Shown: positions 41,031 through 55,508 of the stretch, one piece after another
Layout of the letters: the number at the start of each line of letters is the position of its first letter
Position numbering within the stretch: position 1 is the first letter of the stretch
Source of the DNA: Octopus vulgaris
Lineage: Eukaryota
DNA: 64,000 bases
Assembly: GCA_951406725.2 (NCBI GenBank)
Contig: OX597825.1
Span: 53,320,001 to 53,384,000 of the forward strand
Direction: 5' to 3'
Program-made: the position numbers and the translations under genes
Notes under the pieces: generated by a model
The model's input: only the letters and a program-made list of their open reading frames with translations
The model's database searches: none
Told to the model about the DNA's origin: nothing

Positions 41031-42400
41031 AACCTACAGACTCACAACAATACCTCCTCTTTAGTTCATGCCACCCAAAACACACCAAGACAAATATCCC
41101 TTTCAATTTAGCTAAAAGGGTATGCACCATTGTCTCGGATCCAAAAACACGAGAAATACGCCTTCAAGACCTCAAAAAACACTATTACAACGTCAATATC
41201 CCTCCACCCTTATAGAGTATGGAATAAAACGCGCCAAAGAACTAGACAACACTACACTGAAAACCAGCCAACCTAACACCACACACAACCTCAAAATATT
41301 TCCATACATTTCCACCCACAACCCCAAAAATATCGAAGCATACACCACAATCATACAAAACCTCAGTCTACTGTCAACAGACCCAAAAATGAAAAACATT
41401 ATAAATACACACAAAATCCTCAAATGCAAAAGCAACACAAATCTTTAAAAAAACTCTTGACAAATGCCAAACTTCACACACCACATCCACCCCCAACAGT
41501 AAAAAAATGTGCACGCTCAAACTGTGGTACCTGCCCCTTTCTACTTGAAGGCTCTGAATTTACCTTCAAACAAGGTACGAAGTTTAAAATCAAGACTAAC
41601 TTCTCCTGTTCCTCCGAGAACCTTATCTACGTTCTCACATGCGCTGGTTGCCAACATAATTATGTTGGACAAACGAGTCTCCCGTTACGTAAACGAGTAA
41701 CGGTGCATAAAGAATGCATTCATCACTTCAAGCTAAAACTTATATTCTTTAAATATCATTTTTACTATTGTTGTTATTACTATCATTTTTATTATAAATG
41801 ATATGACAATTTGAAATGCAATTGTCTATGCAGATTTATATTATTAGAAAATAATATAAATAAAGTGTTAAAATCTGAAAGTTAAGTTAACAAGCAATTA
41901 TATAAAAAAGATAATGCAAATGAAGCTAAAATGATAGTTTTATAATTTGGGTTTTATTGAAGAACTCAAAAGAGTTGTCTCCCCTTACTCACAACACAGG
42001 AACTGAAGAACCAGGACCACAATTACTACTACTTCCTGTCCTGCAAACATGCTGAATTTAACAACACAACACAACACATGCTCTTAATCCCTTTGGATCT
42101 TAACACCTCAAGGTAATTTTTTCGTAAACAACCATAAAACTCAAGATACACAACGAACTCACAATGTATCGGAGAAGTTATTTTTTAATTTTTGTACATT
42201 TTTATCATTATTCTTTTACAAAAAACAATGCAATTTTCTTTTTTTCCCCTTTCTAATTTTTAAAAAAACTTCTTAAAACATAGATATTCTTGACAAGTCA
42301 TACAATGACGAAAACCGGTTGAATAAATATATATTTATATATTTTATCAATTTCTCATTTTATTAAAATTTTCTTTCATTTGAGCATTCTGCATTTAAAA
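41031..42400 (+). mobile_element. Neptune-type PLE 3' half (thumb, Cys-rich linker, GIY-YIG, 3' UTR with HHR)
   Basis: KPTDSQQYLLFSSCHPKHTKTNIPFNLAKR, CARSNCGTCPFL, NLIYVLTCAGCQHNYVGQTSLPLRKRVTVHK. Confidence 0.88.
42285..42325 (+). ncRNA. minimal HHR (U3:A8 core) at the PLE 3' end
   Basis: TATTC TTGACAA GTCA-TACAA-TGAC GAAA ACCGGTT GAATA: stem I TATTC/GAATA, stem II, palindromic AACCGGTT. Confidence 0.7.
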
Positions 42401-42413
42401 AAAAATTTTTCCT

Positions 42414-42473
<60 letters not shown>

Positions 42474-42699
42474 ATATATACATATACATATACATACATA
42501 CATACATATATATGTATGTGTGTGTGTGTGTGTATTTTTAATACAACATGGCTGCTATATAACTGTATACGTCTTTCCAACTCACGACATACAAAGGCAT
42601 CAGAAACAGATATAAAATTATTTTGATTTCTCTTAACAGTTTGTCACTTGATATAGAGTTCTCTTTCAAATTTGTCACGTACAACAATGTGCAGCCTGC

Positions 42700-43440
42700 T
42701 GTACCTCTCTCTTTCTTTTTCTCTCTTTCTCCTTCACTCTTTTTCTCTCTTTCTCCCTCTTTCTCTGTGGATTTCGTAAATTACTCTTCTCTCTCTCCCT
42801 CTCTCTCCCTCTCTCTCCCTCTCTCTTTCTCTCTTTCCCTCTCTCTTTCTCTCTCTCTTTCTCTCTCTCTTTCTCTGTCTCTCTCTCTCTGCATTTCATA
42901 TTTCAAACTTCTTTCTCTCTCCGTTGCTTTCACGTATTATTCTTCTCTCTACATTTCAAGATTTATTATTTCATTATCTCTTTCTTTTTTCTTTCTCTCA
43001 CTCTCTCTCTGTCTCCCTCTTTCTGTCTCTCTATCCCCTCTTTATCTCTCTCTCTCTCTCTCTCCTGCTGCACTTTTCAGTATCTATGTCTGTTCGTTCT
43101 TCTACGAAGCACCAGTGCCTGTCTCTAACACCACATCTCGTCTAATTTCATCTCTCTCTTTCTTTTTGTCTGTCTGTTTCTTTGTTTCTCCTTCTTTCTC
43201 TCTACCTTCTCTTTGACTCTTCCCTCTCCTTCTCTCTTTCCTGTCTTTCTCAGTCTGTGTATCTCATACATCTGTTTGACACTATCACTATTTCTTTCTT
43301 GATGTCATCTATTTCACCTCCGCTACTCTTCTTAGTATATCTTACTTTTCCTGTACAAAACACTACTCTCTCTCTCACCCTCTCTGTCACTCTCACTCAC
43401 TCACTCACTCACTCTCTCTCTCTCTCTCTTCTGCTCTCAC
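42700..43440. repeat. degenerate (CT)n polypyrimidine low-complexity tract
   Basis: Directly visible. Confidence 0.9.
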
Positions 43441-43994
43441 TACACAACCTCTCTCTTGTTTGCTGTGTTTTTGTGATTTGCAACAACTCTCATCAGATTA
43501 TCTCCACGACATTCTTTATTCTTCTTCTAAGCCTGCACATGCGGACATACTCACACAATCGCGCATATACACGCTGCCTTTCATGTACATTCTCTCTGAA
43601 GATATTTGCTTTTATATGTTATGACATCGCACACTCTCAAGGTTATAATACCACTCAAACGTTTAATCATTCCGACCATATCAATAGCACTATGTCTAAG
43701 ATCAGAAACGGCTTATTTCACATAAAAGTAGGAAATAAGCACAAGATTGCGTACGTCGTTGTTCATAAACAATAGACAGATGTTTATAGTCGAATATTTA
43801 CTAATTTTGGTCATGTTTTCTTAAGTCCTAAACTTAACGAAGGAGAATGTTTCGATACTCGTCGCGTCATTTTCTAAACACGGCGCATCTCTGCTCAAGT
43901 AAACTTTAAAACAAGTTGGAACTATATAGTCACTCTCGATTCTTACACACAAACAAACATACACACACACACACGCACGCACATACATGCACAC

Positions 43995-44188
43995 ATGCGA
44001 CGGGATTCTTTCAGTTTCAGTCTACAAACTGCACTCACAAGGAATTTGTCGGCCTCGTGGCTATAGCAGAAAACACCTACCCAGTGTCGGCCTGGAGGCT
44101 ATAGCAGAAAACACCTACACATTGGGATTGAACCCGGAAACATGTGGGTGCGAAGCAAGCTTCTTGTCACACAGCTTCGCCTGCGCCT
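43995..44188 (-). mobile_element. octopus SINE 5' half with a 22-bp internal duplication
   Basis: TTCTTTCAGTTT..ACTCACAAGG..GGCTATAGCAGAAAACACCTAC (twice)..GAACCCGGAAACATGTG. Confidence 0.7.
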
Positions 44189-44989
44189 ATGTTGAACATT
44201 TGTATCCAAATATTCAAATGTTGTTTTATGAATATTCATGCCTGAACGGTGCATAAATCTTCTACAAAGAATCCATCTTACAGCAACCATATTGGCAATA
44301 ATTGTAAAACACTACAAACTCACCTAATCCGGTTATGCCTGTTATGTTCAACACATAAGAAAAACTTCTACCGGCAATACTAATGTTTCTCGAACTATCA
44401 CTTGCCATACCTTTATGCTACCATATAGAGGCACGTAGACAAGTGATTAATGTTCTGGGTTCATGATCATAGCTTCGAGTATTGAACGTTGCAATTCCTT
44501 TAATATTGCTCCAGTCTACTCAGCCGAGAATAAGTACCATTGGGAACTGGCGTACACAAATTTTCCCTCCAGGATTCGCCTTCTCGATGTATTCATGGTC
44601 ATTACATCATCGACGTATTAATCTCACGTGTCAGAGACATTACAACACAAACAACAAAGCAACAGCAGCAGCAACAACAACAGCAACAACAACAACGACA
44701 ACAACAATAATAATAATAATAATAATTAGTAGGAGTAGAAGAAGGGGGAGGGGGAGGAGGAGAAGAAGAAGAAGAAGAAGAAGAAGAAGAAGAAGAAGAA
44801 GAAGAAGAAGAAGAAGAAGAAGAAGAAGAAAAAGAAGAAGCAGAAGAAAGAGGAAGAAGTAGCTTCCATTTTTTGGCTATAAGGCTGAAAACAAAACAAA
44901 AGAGGACAATACAAAAAACATAACAAAATGAAACAAAGGACGAGTGGAGTTTGACTAAGAAATATGCGTATTCAATAAAAACAATAACA

Positions 44990-46640
44990 ATTAAAAATAA
45001 ATTTAAATAATAATATTCCTCAAAACTGGGGAGAATCACCCAGAGCCAACCAAGGTAACCCACACATCCTGGTCACCCGGACGGAAAGTATACCTCGTGT
45101 AGGCATGTTTCTCCTCAAATACTCCATCATACAAATGTCTGTTCTGAGTACGCCTATTCACACACTCCATCTTCGCTACATTCATCCAATTTTCAACAAA
45201 AATACTGGGGCCAGCTATTTCCTCTCCATTCTCACTTTCCTTTTCAAGCTGAACATGACAAAGTCAATGAGAGCTTGGCCGAAGCGGCAAGTATCTATCT
45301 TCAGTCGTTGCAACCTCCTCTACTACGCTACCGCTTTCGACATATCCACCATACAGAGGAGAACTGCCTGCCCTTCACAACCAAAAGAAGGTTGAGGGGG
45401 AGATCTTCGCTATGGACTCGGTTGATAAACAGATTCTTCCTACATGCGTGAACAGCTGTTCAACAAAGCTCCACAAGTCAGGAATGCCGGGGCAGTGGAC
45501 AAGAGCCTGCAAAAAACGTTTAAGTGCCCTGCACACATCTCGAACAGGTCTGCCTAACAGCAGTCTTTTGCCTCTAGAGCTTGTCACGAACTGTCAGATC
45601 ACACACCTCCCTATACACTTGTAGTATTGCTAGACCAAGGATTTTTGAAAATTATCCAAGGGCTCCGGCTAATCTATCTCTCCCGATATCTAGAGTTTCC
45701 CTGAGGAAATATTCGCTCTTGACTGCTGCTAATCTCCCACAGAACTCCAGTGTGGAACTTCTATCGACTGTGTTGCTCGAGTGGCAAATTGGTGTGAGCG
45801 CTTGCCGACACTCCAAGTGTGATGCACCCTTTTCTCGGTTGCGCTTGATCTTGGACTGTGGTTCCGTCAATGAGATAAACTCGAGAAAACCCCGACACGC
45901 GGCGCCTACACATGCTCACCGTCAAGGAACCAATGTAGATGTTAAAACCTTAGAACATCTCTGCGCATCATTAGCCATGGCATGACTAATCTTCCATTCT
46001 GTAGCTGCTAACAGCAGATGTACTGTACGATGAGTGGAACACGGCCCCTCCACAGTAAGTGGAAGAGCAAGTGCTCTAGTTTGATCAGCTAGGAAGCAAG
46101 AAAAAGGACGACGGCCAGAAGATAGTAGATGAAGAAAGTGATGCTAAGCATTTGCTACTGCCCGTCTGAGCCTTCAGGGACAGCTTCCTCTCTAGCCATT
46201 TCTGGGTGGAACTGACTACCCTGCTTGTAAACTCTATCCATTTCTGGAGGTCCAGATCAAACAAGATACTGAGTGTTTTAACCGGTTCTTCCTGCCAACG
46301 CCCTATGACGGTGTCGGACAGCATAGACCTGCCTTTCCAGGTCCCGAACGCGCAGGTCAAATTACATTTTTGTCTCTGTCACCAGTTCGCACTCCGTTTC
46401 TGTAGAGCCGTACGCCTCGATTTCCGAGTTGTTCGACACTATTAATGTGACGTCGGCTGCATAACTCGTGCCATGAACATTCCACATTCTAGTTCAGGCG
46501 GGACGACACTCGAAATGCCCAGCCTCCGTAGAAACGGCTCCAAGGCCAGCACGTACAGGGTGGGAGTGAGCATCCTTCATGGACCGATTTTACGGGGCGA
46601 ATCGATTCCAATTACTCTTACCACAAAATATATGCCGTTG
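44990..46640 (-). mobile_element. L1/Tx1-clade LINE, 5'-truncated ORF2 pseudogene
   Basis: LYVLALEPFLRRL, YAADVT (RT YADD), GTWKGRSML..WQEEPVKTL, KWLERKLSLK, ALVHCPGIPDLW. Confidence 0.8.
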
Positions 46641-47434
46641 TACATTGCAACTATTCAGACACGAAAACAAACGTTACTGAAACTGGTCACTGCGAAGACA
46701 AGCAACGAGTATTGGTGGAAAGAAGGTAAAATTGAACAGGAAAAGAAGAAAGCTCCTAAGGATTCATGGAGCCTATCGTGTACGTGCAGACACGGGTCGG
46801 CTATACATGAAGAGAGCAAATGGCGGGAGGAAACTGATAAGTTTGTAAGACTGCGTACGTATCGAACTCGGAAGCTTACTTTGATACCTATCCCAAAGTA
46901 AGGAAACCTTGCTAGTGTCAGTTAGGAATGCGTGAATAGTGAAAGTAGCGATAAAGGGAAAAACAAGGCAAGTGTAAAAAGGTCCTGCATCTAATATCAC
47001 GTCATCAGCGAGAAAAAAAATTCAAATATATAGTATATATATTTCTGTTTATCTAACTCATTGTGAACAGGTGGGTGTGGATTCATATTCGCCGAAGATT
47101 TCTCCGTCTGTGTGCGAATATTATCTGCTTGATTAATATGAACTGAAAACAAAATATGACAGATATAAACTATAGTTCTATTTAAATTTACAATTTAAAA
47201 AAACTTACATCATATATCATAAAATTTTATGAGTATTTTCCAAAATGTCGAGTATTTCAATATTTCTCAAATTCATATGAGCATATTAGTTATCCTTATT
47301 TTATATCGCATCTGATGTGTATATAACTTATTTCTGCTACATTGTATAATTTATATTTTTATAATTTTGTATGGATGCAATACAATAAGAAAAGTAACAG
47401 ACACACACACACACATATATATATATATATGTAC

Positions 47435-47467
<33 letters not shown>

Positions 47468-48693
47468 TGAATATACTTATATGTATATATTTAAGATATA
47501 TATATATATATATATACATATATATAAGTACATACATACGCATGTATATATGTACATATATATTCAAATCATTAAGTCACGAATAACAGTATGTGGTTAG
47601 CAGAAGCAAGAACTAAGGAGATATATCAATCGTTCATTATTACGATGCAACCCTCACCCATGAGAATAGGAACAGAGAAATAATATAATTCAATTAATTT
47701 ATAATTTAATTGGGGACTATAATCTTGCAAATCATGATAGAATTCAAGAAGTATTCACCGAATTTTAAACAACGCAAAGTAAATGCAATCCCACAAGTAC
47801 GCTCCAAATAATATTTAGCTTAAATTCTAAACGAATTTGGTAAGTTTTCCTGGATATTCCACATTTCATGCCATCAGTTGTATGTCGCTGGCATAGTTAA
47901 GAGGAACTTCAGTTAAATTCTGAATTCCTTAGCAATATATATCTATAGTGTTATAGGAGAAGTATTCAGATAGTCAATAATTTAAAAAGAATAATAGAAT
48001 AGAAATATTGTAATATGTATCCGTTATGTTTGGTAAAGGCATGCAGTAAGAGGAAGGTCAGAATAAAGGAAAATGCTTTTATTCTATCCGATTTGATTTT
48101 TACGTCTCACTATTTTGCTACTGAGGTATTTGTCGAGACAACTGATCTTGGTATTGCATAAATTTAGACAGTAGTGTGACACTAGTGCTGATTGAAAGGT
48201 GATAAGGTCATTCCCTTCTAGATTATACCATTCTATGTATAGCATGTATAGCAGAAACTCGCCACAAGGTGTTGTCTTGTTGCAAGAATATTTATGGTTT
48301 TGGAAGATATGATATGTGTTATTTCACTGTACGAAATCTTTCTGGAAAGATAGAAATATACAGTAATGTAGTTTTCACAATATACAAAAATAAACAGCCA
48401 TAATATATGTAAAATCTATAGTAATAGTAATAGTAACAACAGAAACAGCCATGGCAATAGCAACAACAATTAAAATAATTATAATGAGATGATGATGATG
48501 ATAATAATAAGAATGATTATCTTTATTATCATTACAATCATCATTATTATTATAATTTCTTTTATTCATATACATCGATATATATGTGCATATAATATAT
48601 ATATACAGACACACGTGTACATATATATATATATCTGTGTGTGTGTATGTATGCATGTATGTATGTATGTATATATATATATATATATATATA

Positions 48694-49096
48694 GGCGCAA
48701 GGGTGGCTGTGTGGTAAGTAGCTTGCTAACAAACCACATGGTTCCGGGTTCAGTCCCACTGCTTGGCATCTTGGGCAAGTGTCTTCTAGTATAGCCCCGG
48801 GCCGACTAATGCCTTGTGAGTGGATTTGGTAGACGGAAACTGAAAGAAGCCTGTCGTATATATGTATATATTTATATATGTGTGTGTGTGTGGTTGTGTG
48901 TCTGTGTTTGTCCCCCTAGCATTTCTTGACAACCGATGCTCGTGTGTTTATGTCCCCGTCACTTAGCGGTTCGGCAAAAAGAGACCGATTGAATAAGTAC
49001 TGGGCTTACAAAGAATAAGTCCCGGGGTCGATTTGCTCGACTAAAGGCGGTGCTCCAGCATGGCCGCAGTCAAATGACTGAAACAAGTAAAAGAGT
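48694..49096 (+). mobile_element. octopus tRNA-derived SINE (OK/OR-type), best-preserved copy
   Basis: A-box GTGGCTGTGTGGTAAG, B-box GGTTCAGTCCC, internal microsatellite, tail GACTGAAACAAGTAAAAGAGT; at least six related copies in the window. Confidence 0.88.
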
Positions 49097-49265
49097 ATAT
49101 ATATATATATATATATATATATTGAAGTAGATAAATGAATTATCTTATTACGGATTATTCAAATGATAACCGATACCTGGGTAGCAAAAATCACAGAAAA
49201 ATCACGGTTGAGGTTACGACCATGTGGTCTCAAACCCGTGCCTTAGTGCGGAAATTTGAAGTTTT

Positions 49266-49695
49266 ATATATTTACTGTAGGAAGAAATGGAGCTGAACGA
49301 AGATTTAACAAAATTCCTTTTTATTATTTCCTACATATGTTTCAAAGGCTGCAAAAGTCCCTAATTCGGATTGGATAAGGAGTCCATTTAGCAGCCTTCT
49401 CTTCAGGAAAATCCAGGAACTTAATTCTCCAACAAAATGCACAGCAAGCTTTTCGACAAACGCTCACGAGGAGCCCATGGGATATGGGCTCCTCGTGAGC
49501 GTTTGTCGAAAAGCTTACTGTGCATTTTGTTGGAGAATTAAGTTCCTGGATTTTCCTGAAGAGAAGGCTGCTAAATGGACTCCTTATTCAATCCGAATTA
49601 GGGATTTTGCAGCCTTTGAAACATATGTAGGAAATAATAAAAAGGAATTTTGTTAAATCTTCGTTCAGCTCCATTTCTTCCTACACTAAATATAT
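49266..49695. repeat. near-perfect palindrome (family E): about 212-bp arms, 5-nt spacer
   Basis: Centre GAGCCCAT-GGGAT-ATGGGCTC; a few substitutions and an indel between arms. Confidence 0.95.
49550..49635 (+). ncRNA. type I HHR (family E); mirror copy 49326-49412 on minus
   Basis: ATTTTC CTGAAGA GAAGGCTGC..GCAGCCTTT GAAAC ATAT GTA GGAAAT: canonical core, 9-bp stem II, palindromic ACATATGT, GUA site. Confidence 0.85.
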
Positions 49696-49764
49696 ATATA
49701 TATATATATACGTTTAAATATTTGTTGTGCAAGATTTTTTATGTGAAGTCGTGTGTTGAAACAG

Positions 49765-50168
49765 ATATTGTTATATTTCGGAATGGTCATATTGCCAGTT
49801 TAGCCAATAAAAACACACGCACTATATATTTGGTGTTATTTTGCTTCAGTGATATTTATTTTTTACATTAATCTTAATCTTATTTCGGCCAAAAGTTCTT
49901 TCGTCACACTCCTGTGACCGCATCAGTGGTCCTTTGTTTTCTTCTCACTTACTTGTGTCTCTCCTTACTAACCGGTTAGTAAGGAGAGACACAAGTAAGT
50001 GAGAAGAAAACAAAGGACCACTGATGCGGTCACATGAGTGTGACGAAAGAACTTTGGCCGAAATAAGATTAAGATTAATGTAAAAAATAAATATCACTGA
50101 AGCAAAATAACACCAAATAAATAGTGCGTGTGTTTTTATTGGCTAAACTGGCAATATATTCGAAATAT

Positions 50169-50176
<8 letters not shown>
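49765..50176. repeat. spacerless palindrome (family F): about 205-bp arms with atypical HHR-like motif
   Basis: Centre CTAACC|GGTTAG at 49973/49974; CCA CTGATGC G GTCAC-6nt-GTGAC GAAA GAACTT TGG at about 50018-50057. Confidence 0.9.
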
Positions 50177-50222
<46 letters not shown>

Positions 50223-50349
50223 AGGAAGAGAGAGAGAGAATAGGAAAATTAGAAAATTTTTTCTACCAGTGGCTAGCATGCATAAAATATTCAATGGACA
50301 TCATATTCATATAAAACTAGTGTACATTTATACACTAATTTTATATGAA

Positions 50350-50381
<32 letters not shown>

Positions 50382-50434
50382 TCGTACACTCACACTCACA
50401 TACCTATACATATGTATAGAATATAGTAGTAGTG

Positions 50435-50498
<64 letters not shown>

Positions 50499-50499
50499 C

Positions 50500-50590
<91 letters not shown>

Positions 50591-51470
50591 ATAGTAGTAC
50601 AGGGTGCATTTGTAACATTTATGAAGTTTTACATAATAAATTTTGACTGATTATTCAAAGTCTGCTCCGACCACCCCCCGCCCATGTATCATAATATTTA
50701 TATTTGTTTACATAGCAATTGTTTCTATACGTATTTATTGATGTGTGAGTATGCGTAACTATCACTGTGTATGGATGAGTGTCTGTAAATATGCGCAAGT
50801 ATAGGTGTACGTGTGTGAATTTGTATTCGAATATCTTTGTATATAACTATCAAAACATGCGTACATTCGTGTGTGCGTGTAGATAGGTGTATGCATTCGT
50901 TTGTCTGCATTTGTCTTCACACCAATGTGTTTTAATGTTTGTGTATATGTGTGCTTGGTGGTGTTTATGTACGACTATAGTCACATAAACGTTTGTGTAT
51001 TATTTTCGATGTTATAATTTTGTTGTTGATAATTTCATTATCAATGTTGTATGCAATGAGTACCTATCTCTACGAAGCAGAAATATCAAGAAAATCAACA
51101 GTTGCAGTAACAGCAAAAGGAACAACAATAACAACAACAACAACAACAACAACAACAATAGCAGCAACCGAATCATGAGAGCGAACCATAGAAAATTCAA
51201 GAGCAACCACAACAACAAAATTATAAAACAACAAGCGTAATAAAAGCAACGAAATCAACAAAAGGAATACAGACAACAAGATGACGTGGCTAAATACCAC
51301 AAACACACAGAAAAAAAAATAAAGAAACGTACAAAAATGAAACTTAGTTAATATTTCAATGAAAGAATTTTTTAAAGTGCAAAACTAAAGGAAATTGTAA
51401 TTTCAAAAAAGAATTAAAAAGCCAAGAAAAGCATAAACAGTAACAATTAAATGAATTTTTAAAATGGGAA

Positions 51471-51543
<73 letters not shown>

Positions 51544-51693
51544 GTAATAGTAAAAATAAATAATGATAATAATAATAATGATAATAATGATAATAATCAT
51601 AATGATGATGATAATGATAATAATAACAATAAAACAACATCATCAACAATAATATCAACAATAGCAACAACAAAATCAATAATAATAATAATA

Positions 51694-51773
<80 letters not shown>

Positions 51774-51832
51774 TGATGATCATGATGATGATGATGATAG
51801 TATTAATAATAATAATAATAATAATAATAAAT

Positions 51833-51905
<73 letters not shown>

Positions 51906-52442
51906 TTAATAATAATAATAATAATAAACGATATTAATTTGTAAAGAGACCGAGACGGCAAAAACAAGAATTAACAAAAACAAAGAATAAATCAACACAT
52001 ACATAAGACAAGGTTAATCTTGCTGTTAATAATAATAACAATAATAATAATGGCGTTAATAACAATGATATTACTAATAATATTGATATTAATGACAACA
52101 AAGATAATAACAACAATATAATAATACAACAATAATGATAACAAAAATAAAAATAATAATAAATGTAATAATAATGATAATAATGTTCAAATAAATGATT
52201 AATAAAAAGGAAAGGAAGCCTATATCTCAATAATTCTCGTATCTATTGTTTCAAGACGAAATTATTAAGAAGTAAAGTAGTTTATATGAATCAAAAGTAG
52301 AACGAGTAATAGAAAGGAGATATGGTATTTATTTGTTATATAAACATACATATAGAGACATCAGCCCTCCCAATACTCCACTTCCTACAGACAATTGTAA
52401 ATGTATATATGTATGTCTGCACATATGTGTGCACTTATACAA

Positions 52443-52501
<59 letters not shown>

Positions 52502-52598
52502 TGTATGTATGTATGTATGTATGTATGTATGTATATGTATGTATGTATGTATATATGTATGTGTATATATATTCATGTATGTATGCACGTGTGTATGC

Positions 52599-52638
<40 letters not shown>

Positions 52639-53175
52639 TTATAGACATGTATATATTTGTATGTATGTATGTATGTTCGTGTGCGCATGTGTGTGTGTGT
52701 TTGTACGAACTGACATACATAACTCCACACAGACATGTATCTATCTTATCATCTATGTATAAACTTATAGAGAGAAATCATTTCATTTATACATAAATAC
52801 ACACATAAATATCTATATACATACACATACTCACACACTCACACACACACATATATATATGTATAACTATGTGCATATGCGCGTATATTACCAATATATT
52901 TTCCAAATATGCAATATTGTATGCATACAGCCACTCATAAGCGCACACGCAAAAATATATACATATATATGCATGTATCTATCCATATATACACAATCTA
53001 TCCTCTATACATTTCTAAGTAAACGTCTTGGAGAGCAATACTAAAATATTGGTATTGTTATATCATTTTTATGTGTATATATATATATATGAACATTTGT
53101 CTGTGTGAATGTGTGTTTATATGTACAGATGGATATATCTGCAAAAATGTATAGATCCATATGCACACACATATG

Positions 53176-53292
<117 letters not shown>

Positions 53293-53539
53293 ACATAAGT
53301 ATACATAGGTATATATACATAAATATGCACATATTCGATATATATGTGTGTGTGTAATGAATGCATGCTTACATATGCGTACGATGTTCTTTTCCGCATC
53401 ATCATTCGTTTTATTATTCATGTATGTATATGTTATTTTTTTCTGCTTTAAATATTTTTTATTCTTCTCTGAAAAATATTTAAAAGAGTTAACGAAGAGT
53501 AAATGAGTGAGAAATAAATAAAAGACCGGATGAGCGCTT

Positions 53540-53882
<343 letters not shown>

Positions 53883-55180
53883 TGAGGGGGACACGCAGCG
53901 TGAGTAGAGGAGAGAAAGGAAATGAAAAGTTAAGAACTGTTTGGCATTAAACAATTGAAAATGTTCTGAAGAAAAACTGATTATGTACAAAGTTGGTGAA
54001 ATATGAAGTTCATATTTTGTTATCGATTTTGAAATTGAATCGAAGACTGCATGAGATGGTTGATAGTCAAAGATTAATGTTTCTCTATGATTTTCTGCTT
54101 TTAAAAGCTACTTGCTGTCAACACATTGCATTCGTAAAAATAAAACTACTTTACGTTTTTATTGTTCTTTTATATTTTTGCTTTGTGTTGGTTTTTAAGA
54201 AAACTTTCTTCTCTCTTGTGTTTCTGAATCACTAAAACGTAAAAAGAAAGAGAAGAAATATACTAAATTAATATTGTATGCGGCAAACATGGTTTTATGC
54301 TTAGTCACTTATTAAAACAAAGATTCCATTTTGAAAATGTTCTAAAACTAATAGATACCAATATTTTTCTCTTTTCCTTGTTGTCTTTTTATTATGTGTT
54401 CAAATAAATATTTGTTAACTACATTTTGTGTTTCTTTATTTTGTTTTGATTCATTTAAGTAAAATTGGTATTTCTTCAAATTATTCTAGTTTTGCCAGTA
54501 GAGTTATGCTTCAATAGAACTGACAAATTTCAAGAGAGGCGGGAGTAGTTTACAATGAGAAATGGAGTTTATCCAATGTAGTATGAAAACAGCAATAGTT
54601 GGTTGTTATTACTAATAATAATACAATAGTAAGCACACTCGTTAGGCAGGGTTACCTAATAAGATACTGTTGCGAATTTGTTGGTCATTATAGGCTAATA
54701 AAAGGAGGATAGCACTATAAGATGACATTGTGGGATAATGTTCCTTGCGCCGGGTTAATATAAACATGAGAAGAGAAGAGGGGGTATTATGAGTTAATAA
54801 TAGTATTTGTTATTTTCTTATGCCATTCAATGCTTATGTAAGATTTGTTGACGGGGAATATCACGGGTTACTGGCCAAGATATTGTAAGTTGCGGGAGAA
54901 TTTTCCATAACTGTTATTTCAATAGCATATTGAAATATGCAAGTTACGATATGTGATTTGGAGCTAAAGGAAACTGCGAGGCTGGTATAAAATATCACGG
55001 GCATTTGTGAGTTGTGAGGTTATTATTTGCTATTCGATGATACTTGTAAACTTAACAATTTTTATTCTAAAGAAACATGAGTTGTGTGAGTCTCTTATAA
55101 GTCCTTGTAAGAAAATATATGATACGGGAGACTACTGAAAATTATTAGAGGCTAATGCATAGTGTATAAAGTTATTTTAG

Positions 55181-55325
55181 AACATTATTTACATTTGACG
55201 GATATTTGTCCTTATCTTGTTTGTTGTTAACACAACATTTTAGCTGATATACCTACCAGCCTTCATCAGGTGATTTGGGGAAATTTCGAACCTGGGTTCT
55301 CATTGATAAGGCATTTTCCGATGTT
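55181..55325 (-). mobile_element. family A HHR repeat, copy 3
   Basis: Minus CAC CTGATGA A GGCTG..CAGCT AAAAT GTT GTG at 55229-55273 (GAAA mutated). Confidence 0.75.
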
Positions 55326-55327
55326 GC

Positions 55328-55508
<181 letters not shown>

